A stretch of 64,000 nucleotides of DNA from Alphaproteobacteria bacterium (lineage in GTDB: Bacteria; Pseudomonadota; Alphaproteobacteria; RF32; CAG-239): assembly GCA_900769705.1 (NCBI GenBank), contig CAAGHP010000016.1, positions 13,210 to 77,209 on the forward strand. Reading direction: 5' to 3'. Position 1 is the first letter of the stretch, and each line of letters opens with the position of its first letter. The notes below the pieces were generated by a model that had not been told where the DNA came from, did not search any database, and saw only the letters and a program-made list of their open reading frames with translations. The position numbers and the translations under genes were made by a program. This document shows positions 56,038 to 64,000 of the stretch, piece by piece.

Positions 56038-57201
56038 ATGAAGCAAGATAAGCAACCATATTTTAAAAGTATAGTTATAGGTGCCGGAGCCTCCGGTTTG
56101 ATGTGTGCGGCGCACATCGCAGATGATGGCAGTGTACTGATATTGGAAAAGCAGTCACAAATTGCCGCTAAGGTTAAAATTTCCGGCGGCGGCAGATGTA
56201 ATTTTACGAATCTCGGCGTGGCTTCGGCTAATTATCTTTGTGCTAACAAACATTTTGTAAAATCGGCGTTGGCGCGTTTTACGCCTCAGAATATTGTAAA
56301 AATTATGCAGCAAAATCATTTAAAGTTTGAAGAACGGCAAAATGGGCAGCTGTTTGCATTTAGCGCCGCCGATGTTGCCGGAATGCTGTGGAAAAGGTGT
56401 GCGGAAAAAAAGGTAAAACTTCAAACAAATTGCGAGATAAACAAAGTTAGCAGAGTAAATGATATTTTTAGAATTGAAACAAATTGCGGCGTTTTTATCT
56501 GTGAAAATTTGATTGTGGCCAGCGGCGGCGTTTCGTATCCTAAAATCGGGGCTACGGATTTGGGATATAAAATAGCCGGCCAATTCGGACATAAAATTAT
56601 AAATCCGCATCCGGCGCTGGTTGGATTGGTTGCACCGGCCGTCATACGTTCTTTCTTTTCGGAATTGGCGGGTATTTCCGTGTCGGTAATTATAACGGTG
56701 GATAAGAAAAAAATCTGCGGCGATTTGTTATTTACGCATTTGGGAATCTCCGGGCCGGCTGTGCTGAATGCTTCTCTTTATTGGCAAAACGGACAAAAGC
56801 TCTATATCGATTTTTTGAACGGTCATAGCTTTGAAAAATTAGCGGAACAGCAATCTAAAAAGAGCGTAAGTCAAATTTTGAGTACGGTTCTGCCTGCAAA
56901 ATTTGCAAAAAGGCTGGTTGTCGGATTGGACTGTAATATTGAAAATTTAAGCAACAAAAACAAACAGATATTGAATGATAGACTGAACAATTATGCCTTT
57001 ACTCCGCAAAAAACAATGGGGCTTGACCGTGCCGAAGTTACGGCTGGCGGCGTTGATGTTAGCCAAATTTCTTCTCAAACCATGGAAAGCAAGCTGTGTC
57101 CACATTTATTTTTTATCGGCGAAGTTTTGGACGTGACCGGCGAACTTGGTGGTTTTAATCTGCATTGGGCGTGGGCGTCGGCAAATGCTGTAAAAATATA
57201 A
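56038..57201 (+). CDS. HI0933/BaiN-family NAD(P)/FAD-dependent flavoprotein
   Basis: N-terminal Rossmann 'IVIGAGASGLMCA'; 'ISGGGRCNFTN' is typical of the HI0933 family. Confidence 0.65.
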   Translation: MKQDKQPYFKSIVIGAGASGLMCAAHIADDGSVLILEKQSQIAAKVKISGGGRCNFTNLGVASANYLCANKHFVKSALARFTPQNIVKIMQQNHLKFEERQNGQLFAFSAADVAGMLWKRCAEKKVKLQTNCEINKVSRVNDIFRIETNCGVFICENLIVASGGVSYPKIGATDLGYKIAGQFGHKIINPHPALVGLVAPAVIRSFFSELAGISVSVIITVDKKKICGDLLFTHLGISGPAVLNASLYWQNGQKLYIDFLNGHSFEKLAEQQSKKSVSQILSTVLPAKFAKRLVVGLDCNIENLSNKNKQILNDRLNNYAFTPQKTMGLDRAEVTAGGVDVSQISSQTMESKLCPHLFFIGEVLDVTGELGGFNLHWAWASANAVKI

Positions 57202-57227
57202 GCCTTGAAAAAATTCAAGGCTTTTTG
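57201..57227. terminator. bidirectional terminator between the flavoprotein gene and tRNA-Ala
   Basis: 'agccttgaa-aaaa-ttcaaggct' plus 'ttttg'. Confidence 0.5.
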
Positions 57228-57229
57228 AT

Positions 57230-57305
<76 letters not shown>

Positions 57306-57429
57306 GACAAAACAGAGAATGTCAACAAAACGTTACTTTAATAACATAAAGTTTTTTTATTGTCAAATTTATTTTTGAAAAATTTTGCAAAAGAGATAAA
57401 AGATAAGAACGCTGCAGCTATTTAAGGTA

Positions 57430-58092
57430 TTAGATGGTTTCAATCAGGTTTTTCATATCGGACAGTCTATCTTCGGGATATTCAATATTTTTGTCATCAT
57501 CTTTTAAGTGATTTACATAATTATAAAGTGTTTTGCGGTTACAATTTAAAAGTCCGGCAATTTGGGCGATTGGTATATTTTCATCCATCATCTGTATAAT
57601 TTTGTCAACATGCTCATCCAGCCTTTTTTTGTTGTTTTTGTGTCCTGAGGGGCGTCCCAGCGGCCGACCTTCGTTGCGGACACGGTTTAAAGCTTCTTTG
57701 GTGCGCTGAGAAATTAAATTGCGTTCAATCTCTGCCGAGAGGCCGAAGGCAAAAGCTAAAACTTTGCTTTGAATATCGGCGCCGAGCCGGTAATTGTCTT
57801 TGATTGTCCAGACCTGAGCTTCTTTATTCAGGCAATAGTGTAAAATACTCATTACTTGCAGCAAATTTCGGCCCAAGCGCGACAATTCTGTGGCAATCAA
57901 AATATCATTCTGTTTCAGGTTTTCGAGCAAAAAGCCGAGCTTGCGTTTTTCTAAAGATTCAGTGGCGCTGATTGTTTCCATAATCCAGCGATTAACTTTC
58001 ATTTTTTCTCTTTTGCAAAACTGTTCAATCTCAAATTTTTGGTTTTTAGTTGTTTGTTTGTCCGTGCTGACACGGATATAACCGTATATCAT
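57430..58092 (-). CDS. serine recombinase (resolvase/invertase family)
   Basis: N-terminal 'MIYGYIRVSTDKQ' with catalytic Ser; ~220 aa; C-terminal HTH; AT-rich gene. Confidence 0.8.
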   Translation of the reverse strand: MIYGYIRVSTDKQTTKNQKFEIEQFCKREKMKVNRWIMETISATESLEKRKLGFLLENLKQNDILIATELSRLGRNLLQVMSILHYCLNKEAQVWTIKDNYRLGADIQSKVLAFAFGLSAEIERNLISQRTKEALNRVRNEGRPLGRPSGHKNNKKRLDEHVDKIIQMMDENIPIAQIAGLLNCNRKTLYNYVNHLKDDDKNIEYPEDRLSDMKNLIETI

Positions 58093-58754
58093 TTTTTCTC
58101 CTTTAATTGTGATATAAAGCTATATTTTGAATGAATAATCAAAAACTTGCTACTAAATAAATTTTTGAAAAGCCGTTTATTTCATGTTAAAGTTTTAATC
58201 TGAATAATAATTTAATACATTCGTTACAGAAATACCCCGATTTATCGGGAGTTGAATGCAAAGGTGTCGTTAGACACCGTTCCACGCCAACGAGCGTGGT
58301 CAAACCGTAGGTTTGTATCAATAATAGAACCACCAGTTTACCGGGGGATATCTATTAACAAAAACCTTATTTTCGTGGATTTTGTTAATTTAAATTTACA
58401 AAAACGCAAAAAATGAAAAACGCAAAAAATGAAAAATTGTAAATTCTAATTTACAAAAATTTATGAGGTGGTCTTAAAATGATAGTGGTATGATTTTGCA
58501 ATGTTTTATATGTCGATTGTCATCGTTTCCCTGTGTTTTGAGCACGAAAATAGAGTTTTTATGATAAATGATGTACAAAACAGTACCACTGCGTTGTATG
58601 ACGAAAAAATGCAAGGGAATTGATATTGGTATATTTTAGCATACGGTGGTTTTAAAAATAATAGTTTCATTTTTGCAACTATTATCTTGATTCTGTTAAA
58701 TATTTGTTTAAGACTTCCTTTCGATTTAATCGGTTTTGAGGGCGAAATCATAAT

Positions 58755-61700
58755 TTATATGAACTGGTCGTAAATTTTCAAGGCTAACTTATTTATACAT
58801 TTTTCAATGAATGTTATATCCTTACCTTGCTTCACTTTCTTGTGTGCTTGTTTTGATAAATTTGCTAATCTTCTGTGGAACTTATTTTTCTTATCATATT
58901 TATCCAATTTAATCGGCAAATCTGTTTTATAAGAACGTGTATCTGAAGATCCTTTTATATAAGATGTAACAATTTCAGAATTCAGTATAGCACATATATA
59001 ATGAGCTTCATCTTCCTCAATAAAATTATTATTTAAATCTTGAGAAATAGAACAAGCATGATCCAATAAAATAGGAGTTGTTTTACCAATAATTGTATTA
59101 ATCGTAGAGACAACACAGGCCAGCCATTTAGTATTATTTCTAAATACAACTCTATATGGAGCAAAGGAATAGTCACCTACACGTGTTAAACTATAAAATT
59201 CTCCCTTATTCCCTTGCACCTTAGTGTTATAAGATGTCTTATTAAAATGCGATTTGTTAGCTTCATAATAAGATAGTAAAAGAGGACTTTCTTTTTGCAA
59301 AACATTTTTAACTATAGGTATTTTTCGGTTTTCTTTTTTATAAGGAAAAGGTGCAAAAAATTGTAAATCTTTTAAACCAAATTTAATGATATCAGGGCCT
59401 TCAATAACAGGATGAATATATTTTCTTTCTAATAGAGTAGTAATTTTGGCTATTTTCTTCTCACTTTTAGAATTTTGATAATTTTCTACAAGGATATTAT
59501 TTCCACGTATATCTTTTATCTCAAACAATAGTAATTCTTTCGGATATAATCCCAAACCAACTCTTCCTTTATAATGACATTCTCCTGGTATATTTTTTAA
59601 GATTTCAATTTCTTTCTTTTCTTCAGTGAAAGTGAAATTATTAAATATCTTAGTATTTTGAAAACAATATAAATTTTCTTCATTTAAACGAGATAATGCT
59701 TCCGAATAGCTTAAATTATATGTGTCTTTATTAATAGTCATTTTATTTTTTAATTTCATCTTTACTGCAATCGTTTCGGATAAATACTCATTAGTCTTTT
59801 TTAAATAATAGCTCATAAATTTCTCGGAAACAGGGTCAAAAGGCTTTCCAGCCAAACTCCAATCAAATAATTTATCAAACTTTAAAGGCACACCATCTGT
59901 TTGGCATAGATTTCTGAAACCGGTATAAGACTGTTGGAATAGCATAGATTTTGGCATTAAAAATGCAAGTGTTCCTTTTTCTTTAAGCCAATTATTTGCA
60001 ACAACGTTTGTTATTAACGCACAAATATTTAAATTGATACCACCTGTGAAATTATCACCTGAAAACAAATGTTTATCAATACATATCTTCTTTAAAGTTT
60101 CTTTATATTTCTCAGGGAGATATTTCCAATCAACCCAAGGTGGATTACCCACAATAAAATCAAATCTATCAAATGTAGCAATTTTTAAGAAACCAATAAT
60201 AATTCTTACCCAAATTCTATCCCAATTTTGTTTTTCAAGCCAAATGAGTGCATCTGAAAACTGAGATAAATGTTCTAAAACTAAATTTTTTCTCTCTTTT
60301 GAAGGTAGTAAGTCTGTTAATATATTTACTAGAGCACCTTTATCTTGATTGATTACAGCATTTTCTATGCCCACAATCTTATTAATTATATTTTTGTCTT
60401 TTTTTATTAAACTGACAGGTAAGATAAAATTTAAATCACCTTTATTTGTGTATATTGTATATTTTACCAATTCTATATTTTCTTCTATTATTATTTGTGG
60501 AATAAAGGCACTATCTCCTAAGTAGACAGGAATTTCTATTTTTTGTGTAAAGTCAGTATTAATGAAAGGTGCAATGGCAATAAAATAATTTACACGACAT
60601 GTTAGAATTGCTAAGGGATTTACGTCAACAGCTTTTACACGTCTTAAAATATCATCAAGAGTAACGTTATTTTCATTTTGTAATATATTATCTATCATTT
60701 GCAATACAAATGTTCCTGATCCTGCACATGGATCTAAACCTGACCATCCATTAGGTTTATCTGCGTGTTCAATAACATGTCTAGCCAACCAAGATGGAGT
60801 ATAGTATTCTCCCAGAGAATGCCTTACTTCAGAAGGTATTATTGACTGGTATAAATCGATAAATAAATCATGGACATTGTTCGTAGCAAAAAGATATTCA
60901 TTTGAACTATATTCAGTAAGTTTATAAATGACATCTAATACAGCTTTAAATATATCGTTATTCCAAGCATCTTCATAAACATACCAAGAAAAAAAGTCAC
61001 CTTCTAATAAATTATTCAGACCAATTTGCTTAAATATTTCTCCATTTTCTATGTAATTCAATCTAACTCTTAAACCCTCAGATTCTAAGGATAGTAAATC
61101 TTGAATCTTTAATGAAGATGTGCCGAAGAATATTTCTGCTACTTTATAATAAGCAATTAATTTTATTATAATAGTGTATGCAGTATGTAATGCAAATAAA
61201 CCTCTTTGTGGATCAATAACACTCCCACAAGAAAAACATCCTTGTATGGCTTTATTCCTTGCTTTGATTGGTTTCATATTGTTTGTATCGTTACTATTTG
61301 CTAACTTAAATAAGTGTTCCCATTCTGTATACAACATAAAAGTTCTTTCAGAAGGCTTTTCCAAACATTTATATAAAGCATTGAGTAAATTTTGTGTAAC
61401 ATTAGATGTGGATTCAATAGCAAAATCCTGTAATAAATTTTGAGAAGATAATTCTCTCTTATCGATTGAAATGATAAGGCATATAATTTTCTTTAGTACA
61501 TTTTTATCAATATCAAATATAGGACTTTCTATAAATTTATCATTTTCTTTATTAACAAATATACATTTACGACCATCTATTAAAATTCCGACATATTTAG
61601 ATTCTTCTTGTTTTTCTTTTTCAGCAGCTAAAGTAATGTATTTTTTTGTTTGTATAAGATAATTATCAAGATTATCAAGAATATCTTTTTTATATTCAAA

Positions 61701-61985
61701 AATAATATTGTTGAATTTACTGTCAATTCGTCTGTTGAAATATTTTCCCGATAAACTTTTTTCTTTTAGTGACAGCTCACGTATTGGAGAATATTGTATT
61801 CCATAGTATGATAACGCTGTTTTAAGGCAATCCTCAATTTTACAAGCAATTGTTTCTTCAGAATTAGCTTGAGCTGTTTCATTTCTTAAATTTGTAGAAA
61901 TACACTCTAGTAATTTGGAATAATCCTTCGAATTTAAAAGGGCTTTATTTATTTTTGTTTTGATATCTTGATAAATGTTTGGCAT
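58755..61985 (-). CDS. single-chain type IIG (MmeI-like) restriction-modification enzyme: N-terminal PD-ExK nuclease + gamma-class N6-adenine methyltransferase + C-terminal target-recognition region
   Basis: 1076 aa. N-terminal 'RRIDSKFNNIIFEYKK' (D..ExK). MTase motif I 'LDPCAGSGTF'; motif IV 'FIVGNPPWVDW'. ~440-aa C-terminal region. Confidence 0.7.
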   Translation of the reverse strand: MPNIYQDIKTKINKALLNSKDYSKLLECISTNLRNETAQANSEETIACKIEDCLKTALSYYGIQYSPIRELSLKEKSLSGKYFNRRIDSKFNNIIFEYKKDILDNLDNYLIQTKKYITLAAEKEKQEESKYVGILIDGRKCIFVNKENDKFIESPIFDIDKNVLKKIICLIISIDKRELSSQNLLQDFAIESTSNVTQNLLNALYKCLEKPSERTFMLYTEWEHLFKLANSNDTNNMKPIKARNKAIQGCFSCGSVIDPQRGLFALHTAYTIIIKLIAYYKVAEIFFGTSSLKIQDLLSLESEGLRVRLNYIENGEIFKQIGLNNLLEGDFFSWYVYEDAWNNDIFKAVLDVIYKLTEYSSNEYLFATNNVHDLFIDLYQSIIPSEVRHSLGEYYTPSWLARHVIEHADKPNGWSGLDPCAGSGTFVLQMIDNILQNENNVTLDDILRRVKAVDVNPLAILTCRVNYFIAIAPFINTDFTQKIEIPVYLGDSAFIPQIIIEENIELVKYTIYTNKGDLNFILPVSLIKKDKNIINKIVGIENAVINQDKGALVNILTDLLPSKERKNLVLEHLSQFSDALIWLEKQNWDRIWVRIIIGFLKIATFDRFDFIVGNPPWVDWKYLPEKYKETLKKICIDKHLFSGDNFTGGINLNICALITNVVANNWLKEKGTLAFLMPKSMLFQQSYTGFRNLCQTDGVPLKFDKLFDWSLAGKPFDPVSEKFMSYYLKKTNEYLSETIAVKMKLKNKMTINKDTYNLSYSEALSRLNEENLYCFQNTKIFNNFTFTEEKKEIEILKNIPGECHYKGRVGLGLYPKELLLFEIKDIRGNNILVENYQNSKSEKKIAKITTLLERKYIHPVIEGPDIIKFGLKDLQFFAPFPYKKENRKIPIVKNVLQKESPLLLSYYEANKSHFNKTSYNTKVQGNKGEFYSLTRVGDYSFAPYRVVFRNNTKWLACVVSTINTIIGKTTPILLDHACSISQDLNNNFIEEDEAHYICAILNSEIVTSYIKGSSDTRSYKTDLPIKLDKYDKKNKFHRRLANLSKQAHKKVKQGKDITFIEKCINKLALKIYDQFI

Positions 61986-62168
61986 AAATACAATCCATAT
62001 AATAAAACTAACTACTAAAATGATATTATAAAATAGTTAAAATATGACAAATTTTTTTGTTTTTTTAAATCTTCGAAGAATCTCTGCATAATTATTATAT
62101 TTTTGTTAGTTCTTAGATTTTATTGTAATACTGTATAGATAACAAAAAACAGCTACATAGGTGACTAT

Positions 62169-63893
62169 ATGAGAATTAATAGATTAACAATCCAGAATTA
62201 TCGGTCTTTTGCTGATGAAGTTGCAATAGAGTTTCCAAACATTGCTAAACCAATAGCTATAATCGGGCATAATAATGCTGGAAAGTCAAACCTGATAGAT
62301 GCTTTACTGATGGTTATGGGAAAAAAGAGCGTATATGGTAATAATTTTTCTAAAAACGATTTTTTCAATCATAATATTAACGAGGATATAATAATAAGTG
62401 CCAAAATTACGGATGATGATTGCCTAATACAAGCCGATGCATTTAATAAGACACAGACCATAGATAGTATTAAATTAATTATAAGTTGTGAGGACGGTTT
62501 TTGCGATAGCAATCATATTTTGTGTGATAATAATGGTAAACAAATAAGATTATCTCAATCTATACCACAATCAAAGAAAAATGATTATTCTGATGAAGAA
62601 AAAAAGGCTTTCAAAGAACGCAGAACAGATGGACTTTTATATTTTACGAAAATCAAAAATAAGATACCGCTATATTTTATTGATCCAACAAATATTCAAG
62701 ATGAATTATCTCCAAAAAAGAACAGTATACTTGCTGATGTGATGAAAAAAGTTAAAGTAAGTTTTGAAAAAGATAGATTTCCTAAAGATTTTCCTAAAGA
62801 AACATGGCAAGGAAAAACGAGAAAAGACATATTTAACAACTATCTAAAATTTGTTGAAAATAATGTGCTTAAAACAAAAGAGTTAGATGAGTTGGTTGAG
62901 TGTATAACAGAAGAGATAATGTCTCAACTTGGATTAGATTCAGATAACTTTGATTTAAGTCTAAGTATTCCTGATATAGATGTTTTCTATAAAAATTTAG
63001 ACTTTTTGCTAAAAGATAATGACGACCCTCAAAAACCGAAGTTACCAATATGTAATTATGGTCGAGGATTTTCATTGCTGTTTATTGTTGCATTATTAAA
63101 AATATTGTCAAAGTCAAAGGATGGTGGAAAAATATTTGTTATCGAAGAACCAGAAACATTTTTACACGAGCATTATCAAGAATATTTCTATCAAGTGTTA
63201 TGTGAGTTAGCGAAAAATAATCAAGTAATATACACCACTCATTCAAAAAAGTTTATTGATTTATTTAATCCTAAAACAATAATTAAGCTTGATAATCAAG
63301 GATATAAACATACAGAAGTTATTCAAAATAAAGACGAATTTATAACATATCCGAATGACTATGCAAAATATATTACTTCCATAGAACCTAATTTGGGTAA
63401 TCTTATTTTTTCAGATAAAGTGCTTATAGTAGAAGGTTCTCATGATATTTTAGCTTATAAAATGGCATTTAGTGATGTTAATTTTGGGTTAAATAATATA
63501 TCAATAGTAGCCGCTTTTGGTAAAGATGGAATAGTGAATCTTATTAATTTATGTAAGTTGTATAAAATTGATTATTTTGCTGTGCATGATTGGGATATTG
63601 AAAGAGAAGATATTGATGTTTCTATTGAGTCAGATAGTAGTTCCGATTATGCAGCATTAACTAAAGAAGAAAAGGCTCAATATACCAAAAATCATAAGTT
63701 ATTGACTGTTGCAGGTACTAATAAAATACATCAAAATAAAAAACGTTTAGAAGAAGTCCTTGGTATTCCTCAAGCAGATAAAGGGTGTGAAGCAATTTAT
63801 GAAAAACTAAAAGATTTATCCAGAGAAGAAATACAAAAACAATATCCTAAGCTGATTGATGACAACTTATTAAATTTTTTGGAGTTTAAATAA
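62169..63893 (+). CDS. OLD-family ATP-dependent nuclease (ABC-type ATPase + C-terminal Toprim)
   Basis: Walker A 'GHNNAGKSNLIDAL'; Walker B 'IFVIEEPETFLHE'; H-loop 'IYTTHS'; Toprim 'VLIVEGSHDILAY' and 'AVHDWDIE' (DxD). Confidence 0.7.
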   Translation: MRINRLTIQNYRSFADEVAIEFPNIAKPIAIIGHNNAGKSNLIDALLMVMGKKSVYGNNFSKNDFFNHNINEDIIISAKITDDDCLIQADAFNKTQTIDSIKLIISCEDGFCDSNHILCDNNGKQIRLSQSIPQSKKNDYSDEEKKAFKERRTDGLLYFTKIKNKIPLYFIDPTNIQDELSPKKNSILADVMKKVKVSFEKDRFPKDFPKETWQGKTRKDIFNNYLKFVENNVLKTKELDELVECITEEIMSQLGLDSDNFDLSLSIPDIDVFYKNLDFLLKDNDDPQKPKLPICNYGRGFSLLFIVALLKILSKSKDGGKIFVIEEPETFLHEHYQEYFYQVLCELAKNNQVIYTTHSKKFIDLFNPKTIIKLDNQGYKHTEVIQNKDEFITYPNDYAKYITSIEPNLGNLIFSDKVLIVEGSHDILAYKMAFSDVNFGLNNISIVAAFGKDGIVNLINLCKLYKIDYFAVHDWDIEREDIDVSIESDSSSDYAALTKEEKAQYTKNHKLLTVAGTNKIHQNKKRLEEVLGIPQADKGCEAIYEKLKDLSREEIQKQYPKLIDDNLLNFLEFK

Positions 63894-64000
63894 CTATCTT
63901 TTCTTCTATCCCAGCCTTGATAAATTTATGGGTTTTGTTTTTGTACGGTGAGAAACGGCAGATACCGCCGTGAGGGGTAGTGGTTTTCTTTCCGCAAAAT

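Larger units (their letters stand above)
57430..64000. mobile_element. AT-rich putative horizontally acquired defence island adjacent to tRNA-Ala (right boundary beyond window)
   Basis: Abrupt shift to much more AT-rich composition and codon usage relative to flanking housekeeping genes; recombinase plus restriction/nuclease genes. Higher-GC sequence resumes in the last ~60 nt of the window. Confidence 0.4.

Noticed and set aside
58506-58751. 81-aa ORF immediately downstream of the RM gene
   Set aside because: No RBS; AT-rich low-complexity translation; sits in a repeat-rich non-coding spacer. Probably not coding.
63894-64000. Start of a gajB-like helicase after the OLD gene
   Set aside because: Only 107 nt are available. 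The only ATG frame stops after 8 codons, and a possible GTG frame cannot be evaluated. Left as an open question and not called as a feature.

Overview
This 64 kb window looks like a Gram-negative proteobacterial chromosome that is mostly housekeeping genes, broken by several AT-rich accessory patches.

**Lineage signals.** An alphaproteobacterial signal is present: a DUF2312/UPF0335 protein at 36656-36916. Other markers point elsewhere: PagP, a eukaryote/archaeal-type ProRS and prepilin-like genes. I do not assign a species.

**Core genes, in order.** YceD-like, BamE-like, a motor-only FtsK-like ATPase, YqgE/AlgH, a long DsbD-family protein, a secreted GH24 lysozyme, opgG, opgH, a maltokinase-like kinase divergent from malQ, pepF, a dxs-like transketolase, a C26 amidotransferase-like protein, rpmI-rplT-pheS-pheT-proS, pyk, recJ, pagP, kdsA, recO, parC, rpoD, an HI0933-family flavoprotein and tRNA-Ala(GGC).

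**Accessory content.**
1. The 3' end (57.2-64 kb) is a strikingly AT-rich island beside tRNA-Ala. It carries a resolvase-type serine recombinase, a 1076-aa single-chain MmeI-like type IIG restriction-modification enzyme (PD-ExK + DPCAGSG + NPPW) and, divergently, an OLD-family ATPase+Toprim nuclease. This is a candidate composite defence module.
2. A Panacea (DUF4065) domain protein overlaps a 139-aa unknown ORF: a candidate novel PanA/PanT toxin-antitoxin pair.
3. Four dispersed paralogs of a prepilin-like protein family (class III signal peptide-like N-terminus 'G|RSMIEMLGVLAII...', Cys-rich conserved C-terminus).
4. Three of those genes are preceded by a conserved ~180-nt structured leader that ends in an intrinsic-terminator hairpin right before the RBS. 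It shows compensatory base changes. This is a candidate novel cis-regulatory RNA.
5. A tandem triplet of paralogous small proteins with re-used terminator hairpins.
6. A composite REP/MITE-like repeat family that sits immediately after stop codons at two loci.

No CRISPR arrays, rRNA genes or reverse transcriptases were seen.
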